From assembly GCA_038861545.1 (NCBI GenBank), contig JAWCCZ010000001.1:1-64000 (forward strand): a DNA stretch of 64,000 nucleotides. Direction: 5' to 3'. The notes beneath the pieces are model-generated. The model searched no databases and was not told the origin of the DNA. It worked only from the letters and a program-made list of their open reading frames with translations. The DNA is from Thermofilaceae archaeon (GTDB lineage: Archaea; Thermoproteota; Thermoprotei; Thermofilales; Thermofilaceae). Numbering within the stretch: position 1 is the first letter of the stretch; each line of letters opens with the position of its first letter. Shown here one piece after another: positions 19,470 to 29,773 of the stretch. A program made the translations under genes and the position numbers.

Positions 19470-19613
19470 AGGCTAGAAGTTACTGGCTACTCAAAAATAC
19501 CTTCCGGTGCAGAGCCGATTATTCTTACTACATCCTAAGTTTAGATTAAACATCCGGATAAGCATATCAATGGTCACTGGAGGGGGATCTGGAACTATGG
19601 GCCGGGGATAGAC

Positions 19614-20648
19614 ATGAAGATAGCAGTAGTGGGAGTGGGTAGATGGGGTTTAAATCATGTACGGGTCCTTTCAGAGATTCAAAAAACAGCGTCACAGGAT
19701 ATAGAGTTAGATGAAATAGTCGTGGCGGATAAGGATTTAGCGAGAGCTAAATATGTGGCAAGTCTATACAACATTGCTAGTTATACCAATGATCTGAGCG
19801 AGCTGGCTAAGCTGCACATTGACGCCGCAATAGTAGCTGTTCCAACATTATACCACTACGAAGTCGTAATGAAGCTTTTACCCTACATGGATATCTTAGT
19901 CGAAAAGCCTTTAGCAGCAAAATTAGACGAAGCAGAAGAAATGGGTAAGTTTGCCGAGCACGAGGGAAAGCTATTAGCCGTAGGACATGTTGAAAGATTT
20001 AACCCTGTTATACATGCACTTAAGGAAAAGATTAGAAATGAAAATGGAAAAATAGTTAATATTTCGGCGCAAAGGATTGGACCGGGACCTGCTAGAGAGT
20101 ATAGCCTTAACTTAGGGGTTGCACATGATCTTCTCATACATGATGTGGATATCTCAATGTATTTACTTGATACTGCTCCGTCTCAGGTTCTGGCTAGAGC
20201 TTTATGGGAAACTAGTGGAACGCTTGAAACCGAAATCTTGGCACTGTATACTTATGATGATTTGGATGCTATAGGTGAATTTAGGGCAAGCTGGAGGGCT
20301 TCTCCCAGCTTTAAAAAGAGGACAATATCTATACAGCTGGATAATACACTGCTAGAAGCCGACTATATTTTGCAAACCATTACATTGGAAAGAGGTCTAG
20401 TTGAGCACAAGTCCAAAGGAGAATTCAGCGAGCTTATCTCAGCTTATACATCTAGGGTTAAAGAAACCTGGAGTGTATTCGGAGTTAGAAAGGAACCTCT
20501 TCTTTTAGAAGATCTGCATTTTCTAAGATGTGCTGCTAAAGGCGAGCGACTCCTCATCAGCTGGGAAATTGGCTTTAAGGCTCTTAAATGCATATTAGCA
20601 GCCCTAGAATCTGCAAGATGTTTGAGACCCCAAAAAATTGAATGGTAA
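19614..20648 (+). CDS. Gfo/Idh/MocA family oxidoreductase
   Basis: GVGRWG, VEKP, GHVERFNP, DLLIHD. Confidence 0.9.
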   Translation: MKIAVVGVGRWGLNHVRVLSEIQKTASQDIELDEIVVADKDLARAKYVASLYNIASYTNDLSELAKLHIDAAIVAVPTLYHYEVVMKLLPYMDILVEKPLAAKLDEAEEMGKFAEHEGKLLAVGHVERFNPVIHALKEKIRNENGKIVNISAQRIGPGPAREYSLNLGVAHDLLIHDVDISMYLLDTAPSQVLARALWETSGTLETEILALYTYDDLDAIGEFRASWRASPSFKKRTISIQLDNTLLEADYILQTITLERGLVEHKSKGEFSELISAYTSRVKETWSVFGVRKEPLLLEDLHFLRCAAKGERLLISWEIGFKALKCILAALESARCLRPQKIEW

Positions 20649-20694
20649 AAATATTTAAGCTTGCAAGAATAATTATATAGTTAAATAACATAAA

Positions 20695-21870
20695 TTATTT
20701 TAGAAGCTTAATCAAATCGATAGGTTGGATATTGCAGCGTACTCCTTTACTGTCAAAATGTGTTGGTATTGCAAGTTTCCCGGACGCGGTAACATCATTA
20801 ATAACCTTCTGTACCGATGGCTCATCGCCAGAGCCCAGCAATCTTGCAATTACAGTCACTGTTGTGTAGAGGGAAGGGCCTTGAGATTCAGAAGCCACCG
20901 TCCTCATAACTTTTAAACCCTTGGAGCTTAGGTATCCGTGTTTTTCATAGCACCTATGGGCCAGCTTACAGAATCCTGGATCCCAAAGAGGGCCGATCCA
21001 TAAAGGTCCTCCAACAGACAATTTAGTTCCACACTGAGGGCATTCTTCGCTTCGGAGTATTAAACCTTCAGCTAAGTCACGGTAAAAACATTTACAACAA
21101 TATCTAGCCAACCCTATTAAGTTCAATGATTTAATTGCACTGCTCCTGCTTCGTTTGATGAGAACTGAAAGTCTAAGCGCATGGCCTATAAGTGCAGTGA
21201 ACAAAGGATGTACACCGAGACCTAGCTTAGCAGCCTGCCTAGCAACAAAGCCGAGCATAATCCTAGCGCCAATTTCTTTAGAGAATTCTGTCTGAAGAGG
21301 AATCGCGAAGTATTTCCTTTTACATGCTTCCGTTTTCACTCCGAACAGAGGTGCCAGGTCTGTCGCAGTCACGCATAGCATTCCTTTATGTTTGATAGCT
21401 AACAACGCCGCCTCGGTGAATGGGACTGGCGATCCAAAAGGATCAATATCTACTACATCAAACTTTACACCCTTTTCTGCTAGCTCTAAGAGTAGAGCCC
21501 TCGCCTCTCTATTATAGACTTCTACCTTATTTAGAAGTCCATTGAGTTTAGCATTTTCAAGCTCTAGCATGTAAGCTTTGGAAACTTTATCATTAATCAC
21601 AACTTTTTCAACCGTATTTACTTCGGCCGCATATCTTAACCCTCTAACTCCAGTTGCGCTAAGTGGTTCACATACAGTTATTGCGCCACGGCTATTGAAA
21701 CTTGAATAAGCTTCTATGAGTGCTACGTCTATGTCGCGAGCAGTACGCATTCGCGGGTTGTAAAATATTGGAGCCCATGCGGGTTCTAGTTTTTCTCCCG
21801 AATAAAACTTAATATCTGGAACTTTAAGTTTTATTTTACCTTCGATGGTTTCAATCAATTTAATATTCAT
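20695..21870 (-). CDS. trm1: tRNA (guanine26-N2)-dimethyltransferase
   Basis: FYNPRM, SATGVRGLR, DIDPFGS, TATD, GGPLWIG. Confidence 0.95.
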   Translation of the reverse strand: MNIKLIETIEGKIKLKVPDIKFYSGEKLEPAWAPIFYNPRMRTARDIDVALIEAYSSFNSRGAITVCEPLSATGVRGLRYAAEVNTVEKVVINDKVSKAYMLELENAKLNGLLNKVEVYNREARALLLELAEKGVKFDVVDIDPFGSPVPFTEAALLAIKHKGMLCVTATDLAPLFGVKTEACKRKYFAIPLQTEFSKEIGARIMLGFVARQAAKLGLGVHPLFTALIGHALRLSVLIKRSRSSAIKSLNLIGLARYCCKCFYRDLAEGLILRSEECPQCGTKLSVGGPLWIGPLWDPGFCKLAHRCYEKHGYLSSKGLKVMRTVASESQGPSLYTTVTVIARLLGSGDEPSVQKVINDVTASGKLAIPTHFDSKGVRCNIQPIDLIKLLK

Positions 21871-22789
21871 GTGTAAAGTTTTCACTTAAGAAATTTTCAA
21901 GTTTATTTTTCTTTTCTAGAACATTTTTGGGCGCTTCTAATATTTGATCACTAGCTATACGAATTTTATCTTCATCGATAAGTATAGCATAGGAATTACA
22001 TACTTTAGCCATCTCAATTGTTAGATATTCTCCCTCACCATTTTCTAAAGTTTTCCTTATGATAAGCCTTTTATTTCCAACGATGTTTTTAGCAGCTACT
22101 TGAAAAGGTGTCATCTCAAGCGTGTAACGTATATAACCAAGTTCTCCTAATATGTCGAAGAGTCGCCTTAGTGTAGGATCTTGTAAATAGTTTTTTTCAT
22201 GGCTTTTTTGCTCAACCTCTAAAGTGAAATACACACTGATGCTCTCTAAACTTAATCGCTCTAGAATTTCATCTCCAAGTACTTTAATTAGTTTTAAAGC
22301 AACGTCAAGGGTTGCATCAGCTCGCCCGACCTCGTATTCGTAAACCATTCGCCTGGATACACCGATCTGGTAGGCTAGTTCCCCAAGCGACATTCCTTTC
22401 TCTTCCCGCTTTGTTCTAATGAGGTTCCCATGAAGTTTTACGTATATGCCGCCTTTATCAAAGTATATGAAAGGTAGCTCTTCACCCTTCAATATTTTCT
22501 TAAATGTCTTAAAGTTGACAGCGGGTACTCCTCTATACGCAACCAATGAATCATCTACTACTTCTTCGTCACAAATTATTAGTGGGGTTAAATCAATTGA
22601 TTTACCCAGTTTTTTAAGGTTTTCAGCACAACGCTTGATCATGCTAGATTCAAAGTTTTCAGCGGCCTTAACAGCCAAAGTTCCGCCTGGAGTTGACGCT
22701 ATAACATTAAATGCATATCCTTCACTACTGCTGTCGATAACTTTGAATCCTTCGCTCTTAAGCATTGAGCTGACGACTCCGGCCTTCAC
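21860..22789 (-). CDS. Archaeal XRE-HTH transcriptional regulator (COG1395-like)
   Basis: GGIYVKL followed by HTH REEKGMSLGELAYQIGVSRRMVYEYE. Confidence 0.85.
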   Translation of the reverse strand: MKAGVVSSMLKSEGFKVIDSSSEGYAFNVIASTPGGTLAVKAAENFESSMIKRCAENLKKLGKSIDLTPLIICDEEVVDDSLVAYRGVPAVNFKTFKKILKGEELPFIYFDKGGIYVKLHGNLIRTKREEKGMSLGELAYQIGVSRRMVYEYEVGRADATLDVALKLIKVLGDEILERLSLESISVYFTLEVEQKSHEKNYLQDPTLRRLFDILGELGYIRYTLEMTPFQVAAKNIVGNKRLIIRKTLENGEGEYLTIEMAKVCNSYAILIDEDKIRIASDQILEAPKNVLEKKNKLENFLSENFTHEY

Positions 22790-22865
22790 TCCAAACCAAG
22801 AATTAAATGTCTTAGATATAAGCTTTAAATTTGAAATATAACAATCAATGAAGGTAATCTATCAT

Positions 22866-23570
22866 CTATCTATACTTACCAATTATGAAAGCATGAGCTA
22901 CATCGTATGGTTCAAGATGTACAACTTCTAGTATCTCGAATCCTCTTTCCTCTAAATGATCTATCTCTTTTTTATAAGTTTCGGAAGGTTCCTTTGTAAC
23001 ATCAATGCTCATGGCTTTGATTGCTTGCAAAATGTAACCATCTCGTTTAAGGTAATACTCAGCATTGTCAGCAACTATTTTACTTTGGAAAGGTTGCGCT
23101 ATGTCCGCATAAATTACATTTACTTTCTCAGATATAATGTTCAAATACTTGTAGGGGAATCTCGCATCAGCGAGAATTGGTACTATATTCTTCCTATGTA
23201 TAACGACTTTCTCTAAGAACTCTCTCATGACTCTTGGAGCAAACTCCACACCGTAGATCAGTCCTTTCTCTCCTATAACATCTGATACATGGCTAGGTGT
23301 AGTACCAGCCGCCGTTCCTAGGTAAAGCACCTTGGAACCTTCCTGTAGCGGAATAAACTTAAGGCCCTTAAGCATGGCAGCGGCCAATTTGCTTCTATAT
23401 GGATTCCATATTCTAAGCTCTAATCCTCCTAATCTGATAAGCTGTTCGCCATACACCTTAACTCCAGGAGCTAAATTCACGGTAGCTAACTTTCTAGACC
23501 CATCGTCAAATTCTACCCAGTAAACTCGTTTAAGTTTCTCATGCTCTTGGTAACTGACTGCTGTAGCCAT
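22866..23570 (-). CDS. flpA: Fibrillarin (box C/D 2'-O-methyltransferase)
   Basis: [32 protein letters not shown]. Confidence 0.97.
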   Translation of the reverse strand: MATAVSYQEHEKLKRVYWVEFDDGSRKLATVNLAPGVKVYGEQLIRLGGLELRIWNPYRSKLAAAMLKGLKFIPLQEGSKVLYLGTAAGTTPSHVSDVIGEKGLIYGVEFAPRVMREFLEKVVIHRKNIVPILADARFPYKYLNIISEKVNVIYADIAQPFQSKIVADNAEYYLKRDGYILQAIKAMSIDVTKEPSETYKKEIDHLEERGFEILEVVHLEPYDVAHAFIIGKYR

Positions 23571-23591
23571 AAGTAACCACCTTATTGGATG

Positions 23592-24812
23592 TTAATGTTT
23601 TTTCCTCTTCCTTCTGTCCTCCCTTCTACTGGGCGGAGGTTGGCTTTGCTTTTTAGGGGGTCTAGGGTATAATGTCTTGATCTCTTCTATTCTTTGCTCT
23701 ATTTGCTCTTTAAGTTCATCAGCCTTGTATTCACCTGTAAAGGCGTCTATTCGGGCCGCTATAGCTAGCTTTGCAGCCAGAGCGCGCGCTATTTTGCCAC
23801 GTTGCCACTTGGGTGATTTATGAATTGTAGGGTGCTGGAATATTACTCCATGTTTTGGCGGCCTACTCCCTGTCTTCAAAGCCCTGAATAAGGCTTTTTC
23901 CGCTCCCAAGACTTGAATAGTGCTGGCTGGCATTGCGGCGAGTTTTGCCAAGCCGCCAGATAATGCTATTAACCGTGCACCAATTAGCGAACCTACAAGT
24001 CCTCTAACATTAGGAGCTACTTCCATCATTGCCTCATCGATATATTTCTCAAGGTTCCTTCTAATTTCAAAAAGTTGGAGAGTACTATCAGATATTAGTT
24101 TGATAGCACTTAAATCGAAATCCGTCATGTCGGCTCCCATGCTAGAGTTAGCGGCCGATTCTATCCTCTTGGCAGTTTCTTCATCGAAACCTAACTCAAG
24201 TAAGTGGTCTCTGCTTATAGCATTGCGGAACCCTATTTGGGAAACTACTTTAACGTAGTTTTCATGTTCTTCTAGAATCTCATCTAGTTCAGGGAAATGT
24301 AGGCCATACCATTCCCTAACTCTAGAGGCAAAGAGATTCAAGGTCTTATTAACATCATCTAAAGCTGCAATAGCTTGAGCTATAAACAGATCCCTTTTCT
24401 CAGCCGCTTTTCTGACTTTTCTTCTCGCTAACCTCAGAGAAATTTCATAGCAAATCGTTTTGTATTCGTTTTCATTTATTCCTAGCTTTTCTATATATAT
24501 AGGAATCCTTTCTCTAAACATTATGCCGATTTCGTTATTGGGTTTAACAAGCACTTCACCTTTAAAGTAATGAATAGTAGACTTTCCAAGATCTGGGTCT
24601 TCTACTACTAATTCCTTTAAATTTCCCTCGATTCTGCTTAATAGAGATTCTAATGTGGGAGGTACTTTCCCCTCCTCCAAGCTTAACATTTCTTCTGTGG
24701 CTTCATCGGGATTTAAAGGCCATCGCTCATAAGTGATGATATCCCCTTTTTCATTTAATAGTATTATTGCTATAGGGGAACTAACTAAGTAACCTCTCAA
24801 ATACTTCACCAC
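23592..24812 (-). CDS. nop5: Nop5 (Nop56/58) box C/D RNP protein
   Basis: REWYGLHFPEL, PASTIQVLGAEKALF, PKHG, RGKIAR. Confidence 0.97.
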   Translation of the reverse strand: MVKYLRGYLVSSPIAIILLNEKGDIITYERWPLNPDEATEEMLSLEEGKVPPTLESLLSRIEGNLKELVVEDPDLGKSTIHYFKGEVLVKPNNEIGIMFRERIPIYIEKLGINENEYKTICYEISLRLARRKVRKAAEKRDLFIAQAIAALDDVNKTLNLFASRVREWYGLHFPELDEILEEHENYVKVVSQIGFRNAISRDHLLELGFDEETAKRIESAANSSMGADMTDFDLSAIKLISDSTLQLFEIRRNLEKYIDEAMMEVAPNVRGLVGSLIGARLIALSGGLAKLAAMPASTIQVLGAEKALFRALKTGSRPPKHGVIFQHPTIHKSPKWQRGKIARALAAKLAIAARIDAFTGEYKADELKEQIEQRIEEIKTLYPRPPKKQSQPPPSRREDRRKRKKH

Positions 24813-24908
24813 TTATACTCATCAATGTTGACTTTTAAATGATTTGTAGTAAGCCTAGTGCTGTTTTACCAGCAGTGTTTAAATTCCAGAAGTAATCTCC
24901 TTAGTGTT

Positions 24909-25595
24909 ATGCGCTTCGCTGTAGTAAAACTGGGAGGACATGTTATCTTCAATGGTCTTGAAATGGACATTAATTATGTGGGCTGTTTAGTCAAAGAGCT
25001 CCAAATTGCATTAAAAGATTTTGATGGTCTAGCAGTAGTAACAGGGGGAGGAGGAATCGCCCGCCATTACATAGCTTGGGGGAAAGCCCTTGGGTTCCGC
25101 GAAGCATCTCTAGATACTATCGGGATATCAGTATCCCGGATAAATGCCACCTTTTTATGGGCAGCTTTTCATGGAATATTACCTCCAAATGTTCCTTTAA
25201 CTATTGGAGAAGCTATTGAGTTGATACGAGTATGGAAAATTGTATTCATGGGGGGTTTACAGCCGGCGCAATCTACTACAACTGTTGCAGCGTTGTTGGC
25301 CGAGGCACTTGACGCCGAAAAATTGGTAATAGCGACTGACGTTGACGGAGTTTACAGCGAAGATCCTAAAAAGAATCCAGCAGCTAAAAAATTTGACAAG
25401 GTGAAAATTGAAGATTTGGAGCAAATGTTTTCTAAAGGAGTTGAAGCAGGAGGCTACAAATTATTTGATCCATTAACTTTAGCTGTGATTAAGAGAAGTC
25501 GTATACCAACACAGGTAATCGCTGGCAAACCACCGAGTAATATAAGAAGAACCCTCGAGGGAGAAAGCCTAGGTACAGTTGTGCTTAACCAATAA
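24909..25595 (+). CDS. pyrH: Uridylate kinase
   Basis: VKLGG, VTGGGGIAR, GGLQPAQST, DVDGVYSEDP. Confidence 0.9.
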   Translation: MRFAVVKLGGHVIFNGLEMDINYVGCLVKELQIALKDFDGLAVVTGGGGIARHYIAWGKALGFREASLDTIGISVSRINATFLWAAFHGILPPNVPLTIGEAIELIRVWKIVFMGGLQPAQSTTTVAALLAEALDAEKLVIATDVDGVYSEDPKKNPAAKKFDKVKIEDLEQMFSKGVEAGGYKLFDPLTLAVIKRSRIPTQVIAGKPPSNIRRTLEGESLGTVVLNQ

Positions 25596-25646
25596 CTCTT
25601 GCTGTATAGTAAACTATTTAACCTATCCACCTTTGAACTCAATATC

Positions 25647-25736
25647 GCGGCCGTAGCCTAGCGGTAGGGCGCCGATCCCTATGGGAGCGTAAGCCCCCCA
25701 CGCCGGAGGACCCGGGTTCGAATCCCGGCGGCCGCA
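25647..25736 (+). tRNA. tRNA-Gly(CCC) with 18-nt intron at 29/30 (25675-25692); C at position 33
   Basis: Removing ATCCCTATGGGAGCGTAA restores CCGGC-CCCCCAC-GCCGG; BHB: GCGC/GCGT helix, CG|A and AA|G bulges, TCCC/GGGA inner helix. Confidence 0.9.
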
Positions 25737-25959
25737 TTTCATTTTATGAATCTTAACTTAATTATACAACGCTTTTGTAGCTGTTTTCAGGAAAGAAATA
25801 TTAAAGTAACTTACTTATTTAGCTTCTATTTTTAAGTTGTCGTGTTAGTATAAAAACGCGTTAACTTAGCGCGATCTGCTTAACAGCATATATTTATGGT
25901 GTTATCTATGTATTTCGGCTTAGTTAAATTGAACATACTAAGTAATTCACCCACCATTT

Positions 25960-26634
25960 ATGCATACCATGGAGTTTAAGCTTAGACCATTATCCAACAT
26001 ATCGGGTAAGGATGTCTTTAGACAGATGCTAGGAGCAAAGGTCTATGATATTAACGGGGACTATATTGGATATCTAAAAAGAGTTTACCTCGATAAGAGA
26101 AGCGGTAAGGCTAGGAGGTTGATAGTTAGGCTTGTTGACGGAACACTAGTTATCTTGGAGCCAGGAGAAGTCATGGTAGATTCAGATAGTTTAGTGATTA
26201 GCAAGAAGATCTATGTGAAAGTAAAGGATATTACAGTAGCTACCACTAAGCTAGAAGAGGCAACCAGAGAATTGAAGAGAATCAGGGAAAAAGTTTTAGA
26301 ACTTGATGAATCGTACATCGCGGGGGAAATTTCTAAAGAAACATACCTAATTTTTAGGAGTGAGATGGAATCAAAGAAAAAAGCCCTTATATTTAGCATA
26401 AAATCATTATTAGAGGAGTTAGAAGCTTATTCGTTAAAGCTTGAGGAGGAAAGAAATAATTTATTAAATAAACTAAAAAACTCTAATAGGTCTGAGAGCG
26501 AAGAGATCTTAAGGAAGTTAAGAGACCTGCGCAGTACTATGGCTAGAATTCAGGAACTAACGGAAAGCATCAAGGATGAATTAACTTTTGAAATGGAACT
26601 AGAAGATTTCATAGAAGCTTGCCTAGCACCTTGA
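25960..26634 (+). CDS. CdvA-like protein: PRC barrel + coiled coil
   Basis: LGAKVYDINGDYIGYLKRVY PRC-barrel motif, then coiled coil with YIAGEISKETY, the CdvA architecture. Confidence 0.75.
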   Translation: MHTMEFKLRPLSNISGKDVFRQMLGAKVYDINGDYIGYLKRVYLDKRSGKARRLIVRLVDGTLVILEPGEVMVDSDSLVISKKIYVKVKDITVATTKLEEATRELKRIREKVLELDESYIAGEISKETYLIFRSEMESKKKALIFSIKSLLEELEAYSLKLEEERNNLLNKLKNSNRSESEEILRKLRDLRSTMARIQELTESIKDELTFEMELEDFIEACLAP

Positions 26635-26770
26635 TACTATTCTATATTCCAGTGTCAATGAGTTATTCAATAAAATGCCTCGAATAAAGATATTCATCAC
26701 CTAAAAACACAAGTGAAGTGCGTTATAATTATTGCTTAAAGGTTACTATTATTACACGTCAAAGGAAACT

Positions 26771-26944
26771 TCAGTTTTCTATGGCTTTTTCTAGTTTATC
26801 TTCAATACCTAAGATCTTATGGGAAGTGTTTTCTCCGCATTGCTTACAGTATAAATATAGTTTCTCGAATTCTAATAAATTAAATCCTACATTCAAGATC
26901 CGTGTTGCTCCGCAAGTTTCACATTTAATAACCCACTTTGTCAT
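26771..26944 (-). CDS. 57-aa zinc-ribbon protein (not in ORF track)
   Basis: Manual translation MTKWVIKCETCGATRILNVGFNLLEFEKLYLYCKQCGENTSHKILGIEDKLEKAIEN; two CxxC. Confidence 0.8.
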   Translation of the reverse strand: MTKWVIKCETCGATRILNVGFNLLEFEKLYLYCKQCGENTSHKILGIEDKLEKAIEN

Positions 26945-27183
26945 AGACGACTAAAAATAACGCCTCCTAGTAAACATTACTTTTCTATTTTGAACACAGT
27001 TGATACTCAAGTTATCCTCTTCGAGACTGTAGCTTTTAACACATATAAAGATGGTGTCATTCTATAGTAGTGTGGAGAGGCTCAGTGGCTGCTCGCCTCT
27101 TCACCTTCAGATATCCTATTCTTATCCTCATAGCCTCGATAATATATTTACGACGTTTAAAAAATGTTTTCAGCAATATATGT

Positions 27184-28233
27184 CTAGAGCCCTGCCACAG
27201 CGTAGGCGTTCAGAGCCGAAAGACATGCTGTGAGAAGGGTTTTAATCCTTTGTTCTAATGGGTGATTCCAAGGTGTTGTAAATCCGAACGCGTAACATTC
27301 TTGCGCCACATAATCTATTAAGCCACAACGCCCCATACCCACTAGTAATCCCTCCCTAAGTGAAGTTACATTCTGATTAAAGGAGGTTTCTGCACTAGCT
27401 AACCTCATGCCATAAACGTTCACTTGATCGAGGACCAAATCGATTATTGTAAGTTCATTACCTGCGGGGTCTTCTTTTACCAGTACATAAAAACCATCTC
27501 CTTCACCCTCATGCAAATCTATCACCATTCCTGGTTGCTGGAGATTGATAAAATTCCTCAATTGTGCTGTCTCAGGGATACATTTTTCATGGAAGTCATC
27601 ATATGTGACAAGTTTACTGTTAAGTAGCATTGAACTTATGCAGCGCCCTAGGGCACCGACTCCCTCAACGCTGGACATTTGGGATGTAACGAGTATCCGT
27701 GTCTCATCCAATGATTCAAGCAAATCGCTTTCCCTAATTCTCTTTTCTAGTAACTTTAAGGTATTATAAGCGCTAAGATCTTCACTGCAAGCAATACCAA
27801 TGCCCTTTAGCAAGGCGAAAAAAAGCTGATCATCAATTAAAATTTCGGCGTCATATGATTTTAATATTTCATACATATCTCTAACATCTCTAATAATTAA
27901 GTTTTCACCCAACATCCTGCTGAGTATAAATGAGATATCATGAAACCCGGTCGGATCACGTGATGGGAGTATGTAAACTGTCCGATCAACATCCACCTGC
28001 AAGATGAGTTCAAATGCAGCATAGACTCCGGCAACTTCTATACCTGAGGCTCCTGCAGTTATAAGTATAGGTGGTTCTTCCCTTCCTCCTAACCTAAATA
28101 TTACTATAGGCAATCCAAACCAATCATCTAAAGACATGGCAACCTTATAACGCTTCTTAAGTGAATTTACCATGTTCAGATACTCACTTTCGCTCAAAGT
28201 TTGCACCACAGCTACTAGTTCAACATAGGGCAT
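27184..28233 (-). CDS. M14/succinylglutamate desuccinylase-like Zn-hydrolase fold protein
   Basis: ILITAGASGIE, ILPSRDPTG, IDLHE. Confidence 0.65.
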   Translation of the reverse strand: MPYVELVAVVQTLSESEYLNMVNSLKKRYKVAMSLDDWFGLPIVIFRLGGREEPPILITAGASGIEVAGVYAAFELILQVDVDRTVYILPSRDPTGFHDISFILSRMLGENLIIRDVRDMYEILKSYDAEILIDDQLFFALLKGIGIACSEDLSAYNTLKLLEKRIRESDLLESLDETRILVTSQMSSVEGVGALGRCISSMLLNSKLVTYDDFHEKCIPETAQLRNFINLQQPGMVIDLHEGEGDGFYVLVKEDPAGNELTIIDLVLDQVNVYGMRLASAETSFNQNVTSLREGLLVGMGRCGLIDYVAQECYAFGFTTPWNHPLEQRIKTLLTACLSALNAYAVAGL

Positions 28234-28306
28234 AAAAGTACTTTCTTCAAAGCAATATTGCTCGAAGAAAAAATAATACACCCTGCCAGTTTCTTAAATT
28301 TCTGAA

Positions 28307-29170
28307 GTGTGGAGATACGTTATATTCTGTCCTCAGAAAGGTAAAACATTAAGCCTAACTGAAGTTAAGCGTATATTAAGTTCAAAAAAAGATCGTATAA
28401 TCACTATGAATTTAGGCAGAGAATCAGCTGTGCTAACGTATGAAGGAGATACAATTATGCTTGGATCAGTGAAAGTTAATCTCAAGGAGCTTCAAAATAT
28501 GATAAAGGGTCGAGAGGATTCTATTTTTTTCATAACCACTAGCGGTAGTATCTTACGTCTAGCATTTAGCCGAAGTGGTAAATTCTATAAGCTGAAAGCT
28601 TTAGGAGAAAACATTGCACCGACCCTGGAGATATCAGGCATACATATGCATAATATATTGAATACTGATCCCTGGAGCGATGCGGAAAGAAAAGTCAAAT
28701 TAGTAGGTGTTAAAAAAGGATTTAAAGTACTAGACATATGCACTGGACTTGGATATACTGCTATACACTTGGCTAGAAAAGGTGCTGAAGTTATTTCTAT
28801 AGAGAAAGATCCGAATGTAATAGAAATTGCCGAGTATAATCCATGGTCTTGGGAATTAACACGACCTGAAATCACATTATTATTAAGCGATGCATTCTAT
28901 CTTCTTGATCGTCTTCCAGTAGGTGAGTTTGATGCAGCTATTCATGATCCTCCTCGCTTCAGCCTAGCCGGTAACCTTTACAGCTTAGATTTCTATGTAA
29001 AACTGCACAGGGTATTAAGGAGAGGAGCTCTTGTATATCATTATACGGGAGCTCCAGGTAAGTACAGAGGACTCAACTTCCAAGCAAGCATTGTAGAGAG
29101 ACTTAGGCTAGCAGGTTTCCGTATAGTGGATGTTTTTGAGAATGATGGCGTGGTAGCTGAAGCTAGTTAA
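28307..29170 (+). CDS. Archaeal SAM-dependent methyltransferase (COG2521-like)
   Basis: PTLEISGIHMH, VLDICTGLGYTA, HDPPRFSLAG. Confidence 0.88.
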   Translation: MWRYVIFCPQKGKTLSLTEVKRILSSKKDRIITMNLGRESAVLTYEGDTIMLGSVKVNLKELQNMIKGREDSIFFITTSGSILRLAFSRSGKFYKLKALGENIAPTLEISGIHMHNILNTDPWSDAERKVKLVGVKKGFKVLDICTGLGYTAIHLARKGAEVISIEKDPNVIEIAEYNPWSWELTRPEITLLLSDAFYLLDRLPVGEFDAAIHDPPRFSLAGNLYSLDFYVKLHRVLRRGALVYHYTGAPGKYRGLNFQASIVERLRLAGFRIVDVFENDGVVAEAS

Positions 29171-29571
29171 GCATGGACACTTGTAGCCGGCTTAAGTTCA
29201 ATTAAAGTTATTCGTTTCCAGCCAACTTGTATAAGTTTCCTTGCAAGTTTTTGTAAAATTCCAGGCGATAACGAAGTAAAAACTATAGTCTTAATAATTG
29301 TTTTTTCGTCTAAGAATATAGAACATAAAATTATCCTCCTTTTATATTTAATTACAAACTCTTCTCTTAAACCCGTATCATCAAATTTAAGTCCCAGACC
29401 CTTAAGGGTTGCATAAACTACATCATAGTGTCTACTGTAATTCCGTGGGTTGACATTCTTAGCTAGGTATGCACCAATTAACATGAGGTCTATTAGAGTT
29501 ACTACACGGTCGCGCTTTACTTCAAAAACCGCTATACCCGTTGGTGGCTTATAAACGTGTATTTGTCGCAT
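29167..29571 (-). CDS. Hypothetical protein
   Basis: 134-aa ORF with globular composition; fills the space between neighbours. Confidence 0.6.
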   Translation of the reverse strand: MRQIHVYKPPTGIAVFEVKRDRVVTLIDLMLIGAYLAKNVNPRNYSRHYDVVYATLKGLGLKFDDTGLREEFVIKYKRRIILCSIFLDEKTIIKTIVFTSLSPGILQKLARKLIQVGWKRITLIELKPATSVHA

Positions 29572-29697
29572 CTGTTAGGGTGAAAATGCTCCTCCTTAAA
29601 AACCTCGCGTGCAAAATCCTGCCCGCTAATTTTAACTGTTTTCTTTCAGAATATTACAGAGGAGAACCTATATAACCCCTCTTGAAAGGGAAAAGTC

Positions 29698-29773
29698 GCG
29701 GCCGTAGTCGAGCCTGGACTAAGACGCCGGCCTTCCACGCCGGAGGACCCGGGTTCGAATCCCGGCGGCCGCA
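29698..29773 (+). tRNA. tRNA-Gly(UCC), intronless
   Basis: GCGGCCG acceptor, CCGGC-CTTCCAC-GCCGG, T-arm; TATATAA about 25 nt upstream; T-tract downstream. Confidence 0.97.

Noticed and set aside
25699-29773. Identical tRNA-Gly 3' halves flanking about 4 kb, resembling attL/attR of an integrated element
   Set aside because: Both copies are complete tRNA genes with different anticodons and their own promoters; no integrase lies between them
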